Assembly: GCF_963921235.1 (NCBI RefSeq)
Contig: NC_086097.1
Location: 12,276,001 to 12,340,000 of the forward strand
Reading direction: 5' to 3'
DNA from: Mobula hypostoma
Taxonomy: Eukaryota
Length of the DNA: 64,000 bases
Positions 38,721 to 50,895 of this stretch are shown here, in pieces. Below the pieces are notes generated by a model. That model was not told the origin of the DNA. It searched no databases and was given only the letters and a program-made list of their open reading frames with translations. Position 1 is the stretch's first letter, and the number at the start of each line of letters is the position of its first letter. The position numbers were made by a program, and so were the translations under genes.

Positions 38721-39554
38721 TCATTTCCTTTCTTTAATGCTGCATCCACCGGCAGTGAAAGTCAGCATTCACACTGTCTTTCTAATTATTATTAGAATAC
38801 AGAACATGGAGCAGTACAGCAGAGGGCTAAGTCCTTCAACCCATGATACCCACAATGTGCTGTGCTGAGTGTGATGTCCAATTAAACGAACTTCACGTGG
38901 ACCATATCCCTCCATTTCCTACATGTTTATGTGCTAATCTAAATGCATCTTATCTTCCACTACTACCCCTGGTAATGTGCTCCAGGCATTTCAACTTTTC
39001 ATTTAAGAAATAGCTCCTTTAAACTCGCCCCCACTCTCACCCTAAAGCTATGTTTTCTTCAATTCAAAATTTCTATGCTGGGGATTTTTGTTCTGGCTCT
39101 CTACCTGGCTAAGTCTCTCAAAAGTTTAGGGAAAGCAATCTGAACTTCCTTTGGAACTCAGACCCTCTAATTGAGACAGAATCCTGGTAAACCTCTTCTG
39201 CACCCTCTCCAAAGCCTCCACATCCTTCCTATAAAGGAGTGAACAGAACTGCAGTCAATATACCTAGTGCGGTCTAACCAATGTTCTCTGTGCAACTTAA
39301 AAAAGTGATTTTATGACCTTTATATTTTATGGCAACAGTGATGAAGACAAGTGAAGAGGAAAGTGATAGTGGTGTCCTTGTCCTACCACTGAACTTGTAG
39401 GATCTTGTTGAGACAATGTGGGTGGTATCTCCCCTGTGCTTTAAGATCTCTGCTGCAGATAGTTCATGTAGTGTAAAGGAAGGCAAGAATCACAATACTC
39501 CCTGAAAGCAATATGCAGGTAAGAGGCTAGAGGCCTTCATCAAATTAGAAAGGG

Positions 39555-39875
39555 GCAGCCAGAGATATTTTCCCCAGGGCAGAAATGGATAATAGGAGGG
39601 GTCATAGTTTTAAGGTGATTGGAGGAAAGTATAGGGGAGATGTCAGAGGTATATTCTTTACACAGGGAGTGGTGGGTGCATGGAACACGCTGCCAGGGGC
39701 CGTGGTCAATGCAGGTACATTAGGGACATTTAAGAAACTCTTAGATAACACATGGATGAAGGAAAAATGAAGGATGATGGGGGAGAGAAGTGTTAGATTG
39801 ATCTTAGAGTACATTAAAAGACTGGCACAACATCATGGGCCGAATGCTCCGTACTGTGCTGTACTGTTCTATGTT
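39555..39875 (+). mobile_element. CR1 LINE 3' fragment
   Basis: RGHSFKVIGGKYRGDVRGIFFTQGVVGAWNTLP. Confidence 0.8.
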
Positions 39876-39889
39876 CATTGCACTTCTAG

Positions 39890-40365
39890 ATGGAGCACTG
39901 TAGCAGGAAAGCAGCATCCATCATCACCCAAGCCACTCTTTATTCTTGCTGCTTCCATAAGGAAGAAGGAACAGGAGCTTCAGGATCCACACCACCAGGC
40001 TCAAATAACTGATTAGCCCTCAACCATCAGGCTATTGGAACAGAGGGATAACTTCAGTCAAATTCACTTGCCCCATCACTGAACTGTTCCCACAACCTAT
40101 GGATTCACTTTCAAGGACTCTTCGTCTCATGTTTTTAATATTTATTTCTTATTTCTTCTTCTTATTATTATTATTAATTTTGTATTTGCACAGTTTGTTG
40201 TCTTTTTTCACAGTGGTTGTTGTCCATCTTGTTGGTTGCAGTCTTTCATTGATTCCATTGTTTCCTTGTATGTACCATGCATGCCCGCTATAAAATGAAT
40301 CTCAGGCTTGTATGTGGAGACATATATGTAACTTTGAAAATAAAGTTGCTTTGAACTTTGAACGC
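39890..40365 (+). mobile_element. Rex/Babar-like LINE 3' fragment
   Basis: RKAASII... and (ctttgaa)n tail. Confidence 0.7.
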
Positions 40366-41379
40366 ATCCGTCTTTCCTTCAGAATGCCAAAGGACGTGTT
40401 GCTGTGCTGAAGGTAATTAGCCAGTGAGTCCTCCTAGTCCACTCTGTGGGTGAAAAGTTCTTTTTGACATCCTTTCTGTCAAACAAAAAAGAGCAGTTTA
40501 TTCACACAGAGAATGGCTAATCCAAGATATATTATAATGAGACATCTTGTAGTCTTCCTGGACAATGATTGCTCCACAATGTCAGCTCCAGAATTTCCAC
40601 CTTACAGTGCATAATCTCTGCTGCTTCTCTATCATTTGAATTATTTTATTTCTCTACTGGCGTATTTGACATTCAAATGAATGTTATCACAGACCATTTC
40701 CCGTTCTCACTACACTTCACACAGAACTATTCCAGGGATTGTTGAACTCCTGCCCTACACCTTATCCTCACGCACTGACTACAAGGACTGTGGCTGGTAT
40801 GGACATGCGTAGCATGAGTCAGGAATGCTTCGTGGTGTGAATTAAAAACAGAAAATACTGGAAACACTCAGCAGGTCAGGCAGCATCTGTGGAGGGAGAA
40901 ACAAAGTTCAGGTCAAATAGCCTTCCTCTGATCTCTGGGCTCCTTAAAATTTCTCCAGTCTTATTCAGAGGCTCTATGGCACAGAAACATGAGCACGTTT
41001 TGACCTTCATATCACCTGTCAATCTGACGCAAGGTCTAATTGGCTACAAGTCTTTTCCACGTCAGGGCGAGGTGATATTTTATACACAAAGTATTAGATC
41101 CTAAAAATCAGTTTAATAAAATCATTACCACAATTTCCTGGGGCCACAACTAAATTTTGTCCTGAAACAAATCTATATTAAAAAATAAATTCTCCTCTTT
41201 ATTAATTTATGAATAATTATCTGAAACCTACCCCTGCAAGTAGTCCATCACTTCCCTCAAGGGGGTGGGGGTTATTGTTAAACTAGATTTATCACAATGG
41301 GAGTCTGGACTTCTTACTTGGGTATCGTTATCCCAAGACCTCAAATAATAATTATTGTTTATCACAACTCTAAGTTAAG

Positions 41380-43415
41380 ACAAGTTAGGAAAGCATTTAA
41401 TTGGACTAAGGGGAAATATGAGGCTATCAGGCAGGAACTTGGAGGCATAAATTGGAAGCAGATGTTCTTGGTAATATAGAGAAGAAATGTGGTAAATGTT
41501 CAGGGGATATTTGCATGGAGTTCTGCATAGGTACGTTCCAATGAGACAGGGAAAGGATGGTAGTGTACAGGAACCCTGGGGTACAAAGGTTGTTGTAAAT
41601 CTAGTCAAGAATAAAAGAAGAGCTTATGAAAAGTTCAAAAAACTAGGTATGATAGAGGTCCAGAAGATTATAAGGACGGCAGGAAGGAACTTAAGAAAGA
41701 AATTAGAAGAGCCAGAAGGGTCCGTGAGAAGGCTTTGGCAGACAGGATTAAGGAAAACCCCAAGGCAATTGTAGGGATGACTTACAGTGGACTGAAAAGC
41801 TTGAGCATGTAGATATTAAGAAAGTGGATGTGCTGGAGCTTTTGGAAAGCATCAAGTTAGGTAAGTCACTGGGACCGGACGAGATGTACCCCAGACTACT
41901 GTGAGAGGTGAGGGAGGAGATTGCTGAGCCTCTGGCGATGATCTTTGCATCATCAATGGGGACTGGAGAGGTTCCAGAGGATTGGAGGATTGCGGATGTT
42001 GTTCCATTTTTCAAGAAAGGGAGTAGAGATAGCCCAGGAAATTATAGACCAGTGAGTCTTACTTCAGTGGTTGGTAAGTTGATAGAGAAGATCCTGACAG
42101 GCAGGATTTATGAACATTTGGAGGGGCATAATATGATTAGGAATAGTCAGCATGGCTTTGTCAAAGGCGGTCATGCCTTACGAGCCTGATTGAATTTTTT
42201 GAGGATGTGACTAAACACATTGATGATGGTAGAGCAGCAGATGCAGTGTATATGGATTTCAGCAAGGCATTTAACAAGGTACCCCATGCAAGGCTTATTG
42301 AGAAAGTAAGGAGGCCTGGGATCCAAGGGGAAATTGCTGTGTGGATCCAGAACTGATTTGCCCACAGAAGGCAAAGAGTGGTTGTAGACAGGTCATATTC
42401 TGCTTGGAGGTCTGTCACCAGTGATGTGCCTCAGGGATCTGATCTGAGACCCTACTCTTCGTGATGTCTATAAATGACCTGGATGAAGTGGAGGGAGGGG
42501 TTAGTAAGTTTGCTGATGACACAAAGGTTGGAGGTGTTGTGGATAGTGTGGAGGGCTGTCAGAGGTTACAGCGGGACATTGATAGGATGCAAAAATGGGA
42601 TGGGAAGTCGGAGGTGGAGTTCAACCCAGATAAGTGTGAGGTGGGTCATTTTGGTAGGTCAAATATGATGACAGAATATAGTATTAATGGTAAGAGTCTT
42701 GGCAGTGTGGAGGATCAGAGGGATCTTGGGGTTGGAGTCCAGAGGACACTCAAGGCTTCTGCGCAGGTTGACTCTGTGGTTAAGAAAGACTACGGTGCAT
42801 TGGCCTTCATCAATCGTAGGACTGAGTTTAGGAGCTGAGAGGTAATGTTGCGGCTATATAGGACCCTGGTCAGACCCCACTTGGAGTACTGTTCTCAGTT
42901 CTGGTCGCCTCACTATAGGAAGGATGTGGAAACCATAGAAAGGGTGCAGAGGAGATTTTCAAGAATATTGCTTGGATTGGAGAGCATGCCTTATGAGAAT
43001 ACATTGAGTGAACTTGGACTTTTCTCGTTGGAGTGATGGAGGATGAGAGGTAACCTGATAGAGGTGCACAAGATAATGAGGGGCATTGATCATGTGGATA
43101 GTCAGAGGCTTTTTCCCAGGGCTGAAATGTCTAGCACAAGAGGGCATAGCTTGAAGGTGCTTGGAAGCAGGTACAGAGGAGATATCAGGGTTTTTTTCAC
43201 ACAGAGAGTGGTGAGTGCGTGGAATGGGCTGCCGGCAACGGTGGTGGAGGCAGATACAATAGCGTCTTTAAAGAGACTCCTGGACAGGTATATGGAGCTT
43301 AGAAAAATAGAGGGCTATGTGTAAGCCTAGGTAATTTCTTAATTAAGGACATGTTTGGCACAGCTTTGTGGGCCGAAGGACCTGTATTATGCTGTAGGTT
43401 TTCTATGTTTCTATG
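41380..43415 (+). pseudogene. Long CR1 ORF2 relic (RT domain)
   Basis: VPEDWRIADVVPFFKKG..PGNYRPVSLTSVVGK, SQHGFVKG, SKFADDTKVGG and RPHLEYC; multiple stops and frameshifts; (tttctatg)n tail. Confidence 0.92.
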
Positions 43416-43419
43416 TTTC

Positions 43420-43740
43420 TATTCCACTACAGTATAGGTGGGATTACAACTAGAGGTGATGGGTTAAGGGTGAAAGGTGAAAAGTTTAAGGGGAACATAA
43501 GGGGAAGCTTCTTTAAACAGAGGGTTGTGAGAGTGTGGAACGAACTGCCAACACAAGTGATCCATTGGAGCTCTATTTCAACATTTCAGAAAAGTTTGGA
43601 TAGGTACGTGGATGGTAGGAGTATGGAGGGCTATGGTCCCTATACAAGTCAATGGGAGTAGACAATTTAAATGGTTCAGAATGGACTAGATGGACTGAAG
43701 GACCTGTTTTTATACTGTACTTTTCTATGACGCTATGACT
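43420..43740 (+). mobile_element. Second CR1 3' fragment, directly adjacent
   Basis: GSFFKQRVVRVWNELP; ctatga tail. Confidence 0.75.
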
Positions 43741-44124
43741 GCCATAAATCCCTAAGGTGTTTTGTGGCTAGGGTAACAACACACGATCTGGGATCATGAT
43801 CAGTTCTTAGGCTGAGACAAGAAACTCCACCTTAGGCTGAGTTTAGAATATCAAACCAAACAACACCTTCAACAGTCATCTTAAACCTGCTCTTGCTAGT
43901 CCATCTACTGGTGAAGCTTTTAAGAATTTTTGTGTCTTCCACCTATTGGGTTCTCAAGACACTTCTGTGCCCGATAAATACAGGATATCGCTCACTGCTA
44001 ATGTTTATCCCACCTCATCAGCATATTTTGCCATTACAAATTCCTACAGGCAGAGCCAATATAAAATTCTGTGTTAAATATTAGGTTGCTCAATGACTTG
44101 GGGCCAATGGATGTGAAGACAAAT

Positions 44125-45280
44125 TCAACATTTGAAGTAAATTTATTATCAAAGTACAAACGAGATTCATTTTCTAATAGCACAATAGAACCAATGAAAA
44201 ACTGCACACAAAATAAAACAGCCAATATGCAAAAGGGATCAAATTGTGCAGATACAAAACAAAATAAAATAAATAAGAAGTACTATTGAAAACGTGAGTT
44301 ATAAAGTCCTTGAAAGTGAGTCTATAGGTTGTGGAATCAGTTCAGTGTTGGAGTGAGTGAAGTCATCTACTCTAGTTCAGGAGCCTGATGGTTGAGAGGT
44401 AATAACTGATCCTGAACCTGGTGATGTAGGACCGAAGGCTCCTTCCTGATAGCCGCAGTGAGATGAGAGCACGGCCTGGTTGGTGGGGAACCTTGATGAT
44501 GGATGCTGCTTTCATGTGACAGTGCTCCTTGTGGACGCGCTCAATGGCGGGGAGGGGCTTTCCTGTGACGGACCGGGCTGTATTGTAGGATTTTCCATTC
44601 AAGGTGTTTCCATACTGGGCTATCATGCAACTAGTCTATATATATTCTCCATTACGCATCTATGGAAGTTTGTCAAAGATTTAGATGACATGCTGAATCT
44701 TTGGAAACTTATGAGAAAATAGAGGCACTGGTGTGCCTTCTTTGTAAGGCCACTTACTTGCTGGAATCAGGATAGATCCTTTATAATGATAACACTGAGG
44801 AATTAAAGCTACTGACCCTCCCTAGCTCTGATCTTGTGATGAGGACCTCCTCATGGACCTGCTGGAGATCCTGCTCATGGACCTGCAGTCTCCTCCTCCT
44901 GTAGTCAATAATCCACTCTTTAGTTTTGCTGACATTGAGTGAGAGGTTCTTTTGCGGCACCATTCAGCCAAATTTTCAGTCTCCCTCCTATATGCTGATT
45001 CATCACCACCTTTGATTCAGCCAACAACAGTGGTGTCATCAGCGAACTTAAAAATGGCATTGGAGATGTGCTTAGCTGCACAGTCAAAAATATAAAGCGA
45101 GTAGAGCAGGGGAGCTAAACACAGCCTTGTGGTGCACCTGTATTGATGGTGATTGTGGAGGAGATATTGTTGTCAATCCGAACCAACTGGGGTCTGCACG
45201 TGAGGAAAACAAAAATCAAATTGCAGCGGGAGGTATTGAGGGCAAAATCTTGGAGCTTATCAATCAGTTTTGAGGTGGTC
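44125..45280 (-). mobile_element. Rex/Babar-like LINE RT fragment
   Basis: Minus strand TGAPQGC.., FKFADDTTVVG, NLSLNVSKTKE..IDYRR and KAASIIK.PH.PG. Confidence 0.85.
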
Positions 45281-46539
45281 ATAGAAGTATCTGTTATGGA
45301 TCAATTACTAGCAAATTTCTCATTGATTCATCATTTTTGAAGTTAATTCTAGAAAGGGAAAGCTACAATGTTATCTTATGTTCGTTATTTGTAATGCTTT
45401 TTATCTTTTATTATTATTTATTCCTTTCTGTATTTGCACAGCTTGTTGTCACTGATTGAACAAAATCGGTGTGGTCTTTCATTGATTCTTTTATGGTATT
45501 ATTCTATGATGGATTAATTGAGTATGCCTGCAAGAAAATTCATCTTAGGGTTGTATAAGATCATATACTGGATATGTACTTTGATCATAACTTTACTTTG
45601 AACTTTGGTCTGTTTGTTAAAACAATGCGTTATCTCTTTAGGAGATGGACATTAGTAGTAATTCTGGTACTCCTGTAGTGTAGAGAATGAGGGAGAAGAT
45701 TTGCACGCAGCATTGTTCAGTAATACCAGCATGATAATGACCACATAATTTCTTCAGGATGGGGAAGTCGGGAGTAAACACACACCATTCTCTGCACTGC
45801 AGCAAGAATCACACTTTAAAAAGTACTCTGTTGCTGTAAACACTCTGGACAACCTGAGGCTGTCAAAAATGCTGTGTAAATTCAGATCTTTCTTTCTTTA
45901 ACTTACAAATCCCACAGCTTAAGCACAGGATGGGAAAACTTGTGCTATTGTGTACTCATTCCGATATATTTAAGGTAATTAGTTTTCTTTTCCCCTTTTG
46001 TAGGTTTCTTAATAATTATAATTATAAGGCTCCCCTGTGAGCTCTATATTTGTCCATTTTGAAGGTGTTTCCTTGCTGCTATTTTGCTTTGTATAACTGG
46101 TGATGAAAGGAACTCTTGTTTACAGTCTGTTTACAGCATTTCTTACTTGTGTTTTTTTTAAACCAGTATCTGCCAGTTTCTTTGCAAGCTCTACAAACAC
46201 CTGGAGCTTCCTAAAAAAAAGCACGAGCAAAATGGCTTGTTGCTCTTTGCACTTCCATTTTATCTAGTCACCTCCTAGAAGGGGTTGATTTCATCCATGT
46301 CTTTAGATATTGTGTGTGAAGACAGATAGAATCAGAATCAGCTTTAATATTACTGGCATACGTCATGAAATTTGTTGTTATGTGGCAGCAGTACATAATA
46401 AAATAAAAATTGTAAATTATGGTAAGTAAATATATTAAAAAAATTAAACTAAATAAGAAGTGCAAAAAGAGAGATAAAATTAGTAAGGTAGTGTTCATGG
46501 GTTCAATGTCCATTCTGAGATCTGATGGCAGAGAAGAAG

Positions 46540-47420
46540 AACACGAGAAAATCTGCAGGTACTGGAAATCCAGGGTAGTTCACATAAGATGCTGGAGGAA
46601 CTCAGCAGGCCAGGCAGCATTTATGGAAAACAGGAAACGGTCAATGTTTCGGGTTGAGACCCTTCATCAGGATGGGTCTTTGGTCTTACTGACGTTGAGT
46701 GCAATGTAGCAACTTCAGGAGGTCACTGAAGTGGAGGTAGTGCCTCATCACCAATCTGTCATTCTATCCCAGCCAGCTATGATTTGGTGGATAATATCTT
46801 TATGGGTTCAATTCATATTCTGGAGAACAGACAAATGTAGACTTAGATCCAGAGTAACACACACTCCAAATGCTGGAGGAACTCAGAAATGAATGAGCAG
46901 TCCATAGTTTGGGCCGAGACCCTTCTTCGTGATAGGAAAGGAAGAGGAAAGGTGCCAGAATAACAAAGTGGAGGGAGAAGAAGAAGTACACATAAGAAGA
47001 TAACTGGTGAAGCCAGGTGGGTGGGTGAGGGGTGATTAAATTGTGAAGCTGAGAGGTGGTAAGTGGAAAAAGTAAAGGGCTGGACAAGACCATAAGACCA
47101 TTAGATATAGGAGCAGAATTAGGCCATTTGGCCCATCGAGTTTATTCCACCATTCAATCACGGCTGATCCTGTTTTTCTCCTCCTCAACCCCATTTCCTA
47201 GCCTTCTCCTTGTAACCATTAATGCCATGTCCAATCAAGAATCTATCAATCTCTGCCTTAAATACACTCAATGACCTCCACAGCTGCAGTGGCAAGAAGG
47301 ACTCTAACAGAGAAGAGAGTGGACATTGGAAGAAAGGGGGGGGGGCACCAGGAAGAGCTGATAGGCCGGTGAAGGGAAGCGAAGAGGTTAGAAGGGAGCC
47401 ATGGTGGGGGATTTAAAAAG
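46540..47420 (-). mobile_element. Penelope pLTR fragments with a nested CR1 tail (about 47085-47290)
   Basis: tgctggaggaactcag and gagacccttcatcagg motifs; agaccataagacc tail nested inside. Confidence 0.65.
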
Positions 47421-49440
47421 AAGGAAAAATGTGGCATCAACTTCTATATTAATAACCTTTCCCGGCTATGAGTTCTAAACCCAACCAGTCGAAGATATCC
47501 CTCCACTTGCCTCTGATGTTTCAACCAATTGTATTGAATCCATGTTCCTTAGCTATTGTCCTCTCTGACAAAAAAAAATATTCATCCTTTATGAGTCCTG
47601 ATGAAGGGTTTCAGCCTGAAAAGTCAACTGTTTATTGCACTCCATAGATTCTGCCTGTACTGCTGAGTTCCTCCAGCAATTTGTATGTGTTACTCATCCT
47701 TCCATTTGTTTTTAATGGTTATCATTCATTCCAAAGAAAACAATTTCAACCTAAACACTCACCTCATAGCTATAATCAGCTAGACTTTGCAGCATCTTCA
47801 TAAATCTCTGCACCCTATAATGTGGAGATCAGAACTTGGCAAGATACCCGAGCTGTGGCCTTGGCATGTATTTGATTGAAGAGTCTGCAGTGTGTTGCCA
47901 GTCAATCTCAAGCCCTTGGAGTATCCTAATGGTAATGAAAGTGAAAAGAGCTGCACAGAACAGTGAGGTATTTACAGGAGTAAGAACTCTTAAGCCACCA
48001 TTCTCACGTCAATGTTTATTCAAAGGCAACTCAAAAACATTTCCTCAAGGCCTCTTTTAGAGCATCTGAAATTCCACAGTCTAAGGCATCAAGAAAGAAA
48101 GGGCTGCAAAGTACCTTTCCTCACTTGGAACTTAATTGCTGCTCCTTCATCTTCTTGCAAAATGTCGTGAATGTCTGGCATTCTCTGCCCCAGAGAATGG
48201 TGGAGGCTCACTCCTTAAAACATTTAAGGGAGGTAGATGCATTTTTGAAAGATTGGGGTAATGAAGATAAGTGGAACAGGTAAAGGACTGTAGAAGAAGG
48301 AATCTAATAGGAGAGGTCCTTGGAAGAAAGGCAAGGAGGAGGGGACTCAGAGGGAGCTGATAGTCAGGTGAGTAGAAGCATTGAGAGGCCATAGCGGGGA
48401 ATTGCCAGGCAAAGAGGAGGAGGATTAGATTAGCCGTGATCATATTGATTGGTGGGGCAGGTTTAAGCCTATCTCCTATTTCTAATTTTTCTTTGTGTTG
48501 CTGTGCGTTCTTGTTATTATCACTGATCAAATTCCAGAATTCATTGTTTAAAAGCACTTTGAGAGTCGCCAAGAGGCTGCTGTGGAGTACAGTTTACCAA
48601 GAGCTCTTCAATTTCAATTTGAGATGGACAATAAGACCTGCCCTTACCTGTGTCACCTGTATTCCACAAATAAACAAGTAATCATCAGTAGTACAAGACC
48701 GTCCAATCTCTCCTTAATTGTTGAAGAGCATATCAATATATCAGACACTTGTTAAATTATGAGGGAATTATTCAGTGAATCTGCAAGATTCTTCTTGCAT
48801 ATGTTATTAATATCTCAATATATAATTTGGCAGGGCAAATGTTAATAACTTTATATAAATGTTTTGACTTTCAAGCTCCATTTAATGTTGGATAAGGGAA
48901 GTAGTCTTGTATTATTTCGCTTAGTAGAATAATATAGATGAACATTAGCATATGCACTCATTTGGTAAATCTATGAGATTGTTTTGATAATGCTACTGCC
49001 TTAGTAGAAATATATTAGATATTGAATAGCATTGACTTAGATTTTGAGAAAGGGTTTGACATAGTTGCACATTAAAAGATAATGACTCCATTAAATATCG
49101 ACCATTATCAGATTAATTAACATATATCTGAACTAAACTTCTTCCAGAATCCATTGATAGAGTATGGTGACTGACATGCTCAAGTCCATGATATTCCCAA
49201 GTGAAAGTTTTTACTCAACAGAGCATCAGCTGTACGAAACCTCGACCGTTCCTATAGTCTCCTCACCGAGTCCAAAATGTAGTCCAAATAGTCATAGTTT
49301 TTCTAGCTTTTATGCTGGAGATTCTGTCTGCTGCACCCATTCTATGTTAACCAGACTAATGAGAAAAATTGGCTGCTGGGAAAAAGGTAACAGGGTTTTT
49401 TAGCTAGCCTACTTTTTTGTGGTTATTAAGTATGGATATA

Positions 49441-49507
49441 CAATACTGTGCAAAAGTCTTAGGCACATATATTTAGCTGGAGTGCCTAAGAATTTTGCAC
49501 AGTTCTG
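49441..49507. mobile_element. Tiny Tc1/mariner-like hairpin MITE
   Basis: TA, then caatactgtgcaaaagtcttaggcac ... gtgcctaagaattttgcacagttctg (26-bp imperfect TIRs). Confidence 0.7.
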
Positions 49508-49845
49508 TGTTATCAATATGGAGTGGAGAGCGAGTTGTACATCTGGCAGGTGCAAAGGATGTTGGGAATGGCGAGGCTGGAACACTGTGAGAGGGTTGTG
49601 GGTCAGGTGGCAGAGAAGGAGTGAGGGAGGGGTGGGGGATGGCATGGGTGCAGACACACCCAGCACTGAGACACCAGGCAAGGTTGTTGTTCATTACAGG
49701 ATGTCCCTCTGGTGCTTCCTACTCTCTTCCCACTCCATTTCCCTTTTCCCAACCATTATTCCATTGTCCTTGTTCCCTTCCCACTCTTAGTCCACAATAC
49801 AGACCCATATCAGAATCGGGTTTATCATCACTTGCATATGTCATG

Positions 49846-50723
49846 TGTTACGTACCCCGTAACTGGGTTGCCAAACCAGCAGAAATGGATCACTCAGTTG
49901 GAGTCTGGAGTACTAGAACTAAGAAAGTTTTATTAAAGAAACAAGCAACACAGTAATCGAAAGGATAATAAATGCAACCGTTCAGTGATGATAAACACAC
50001 ATGTGCACAGAATTAAGATAACAGCATCAATCAAGCTCTATCGTTGTCTAGGGGTAAATGACCAATTTCAAAATGACTCAAAGTTCAGTCCAGTTTAGTA
50101 GTTCAGTTCGCAGTAATCGTTGCCATGGCGATGGACAAGGTGGGGAAGAGAGACATAGAATAGGAACAACTCATCATTCAGCACAGCTTCACTCACAGAC
50201 CAGCGGGATGGCTCACAGACCAGCGAGATGGCTCACAAACAGCTTTTGGGCAGGTCCTTGGTGATGTCACCTGAGGCCACCGACTGTGACCCCTCCTCCA
50301 GATGCGGTCGATCCTCTGCAGTGAACCCGGCACCCAGGCAAGGGCGGACACACACCGGGTTCCCGCTGATCGTACCTTTCCACCCTGGGCGTTGTCCGGT
50401 ACTTCTCACCACTCGTGAGAGGCGCACCGCTTCCAGGGTCTCGTTACCTCGGGTGGCGTGTGTGTCTGTCTTAGCGAACCTGTCCCTTTTTATCCCCCTG
50501 CTGGGGTATCGCCTGTCCATCACTTCAAACAGTTCAGGGCTCAAAGGGGGGAGCCGCTCCAGACAGCTCTTCCTCCCACATCCCTTCATTACACATCTCC
50601 AGACGCTGCTCCATTGTTCCTTATCTCTCCTTCCCCTGAGGGCAGGTGGCAGACCAACTGCTGATGCCACTGATGCTAGCCCAGGCCAGCAAACATCTTA
50701 ATTTTATGTGTATTCTCGTAACA
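49846..50723 (-). repeat. 3' LTR
   Basis: Direct repeat of 53934-54811 (offset 4088); one mismatch seen (50451 G vs 54539 A, a CpG site). Confidence 0.97.
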
Positions 50724-50735
50724 CTTCCCCCCTTT
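50724..50735 (-). other. Polypurine tract (AAAGGGGGGAAG)
   Basis: Purine run immediately 5' of the 3' LTR on the minus strand. Confidence 0.9.
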
Positions 50736-50895
50736 AAGGATTTTTACCGGGAGGTAAAAATTACAAACATGACTACATTATCTGATACATACACAATATA
50801 CATCTTTAACAGTTATTTAGCTAATACAGAGAATTTGAAATTGTCAACACCTTGACAGACAGTCATCACATTTTCTGTTCCTTTTACACGTGTTA

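Noticed and set aside
50228..50701. Duplicated 157-aa ORF (also 54316-54789)
   Set aside because: Lies inside the LTRs, antisense to the element, with no recognisable domain; the duplication is explained by the LTRs
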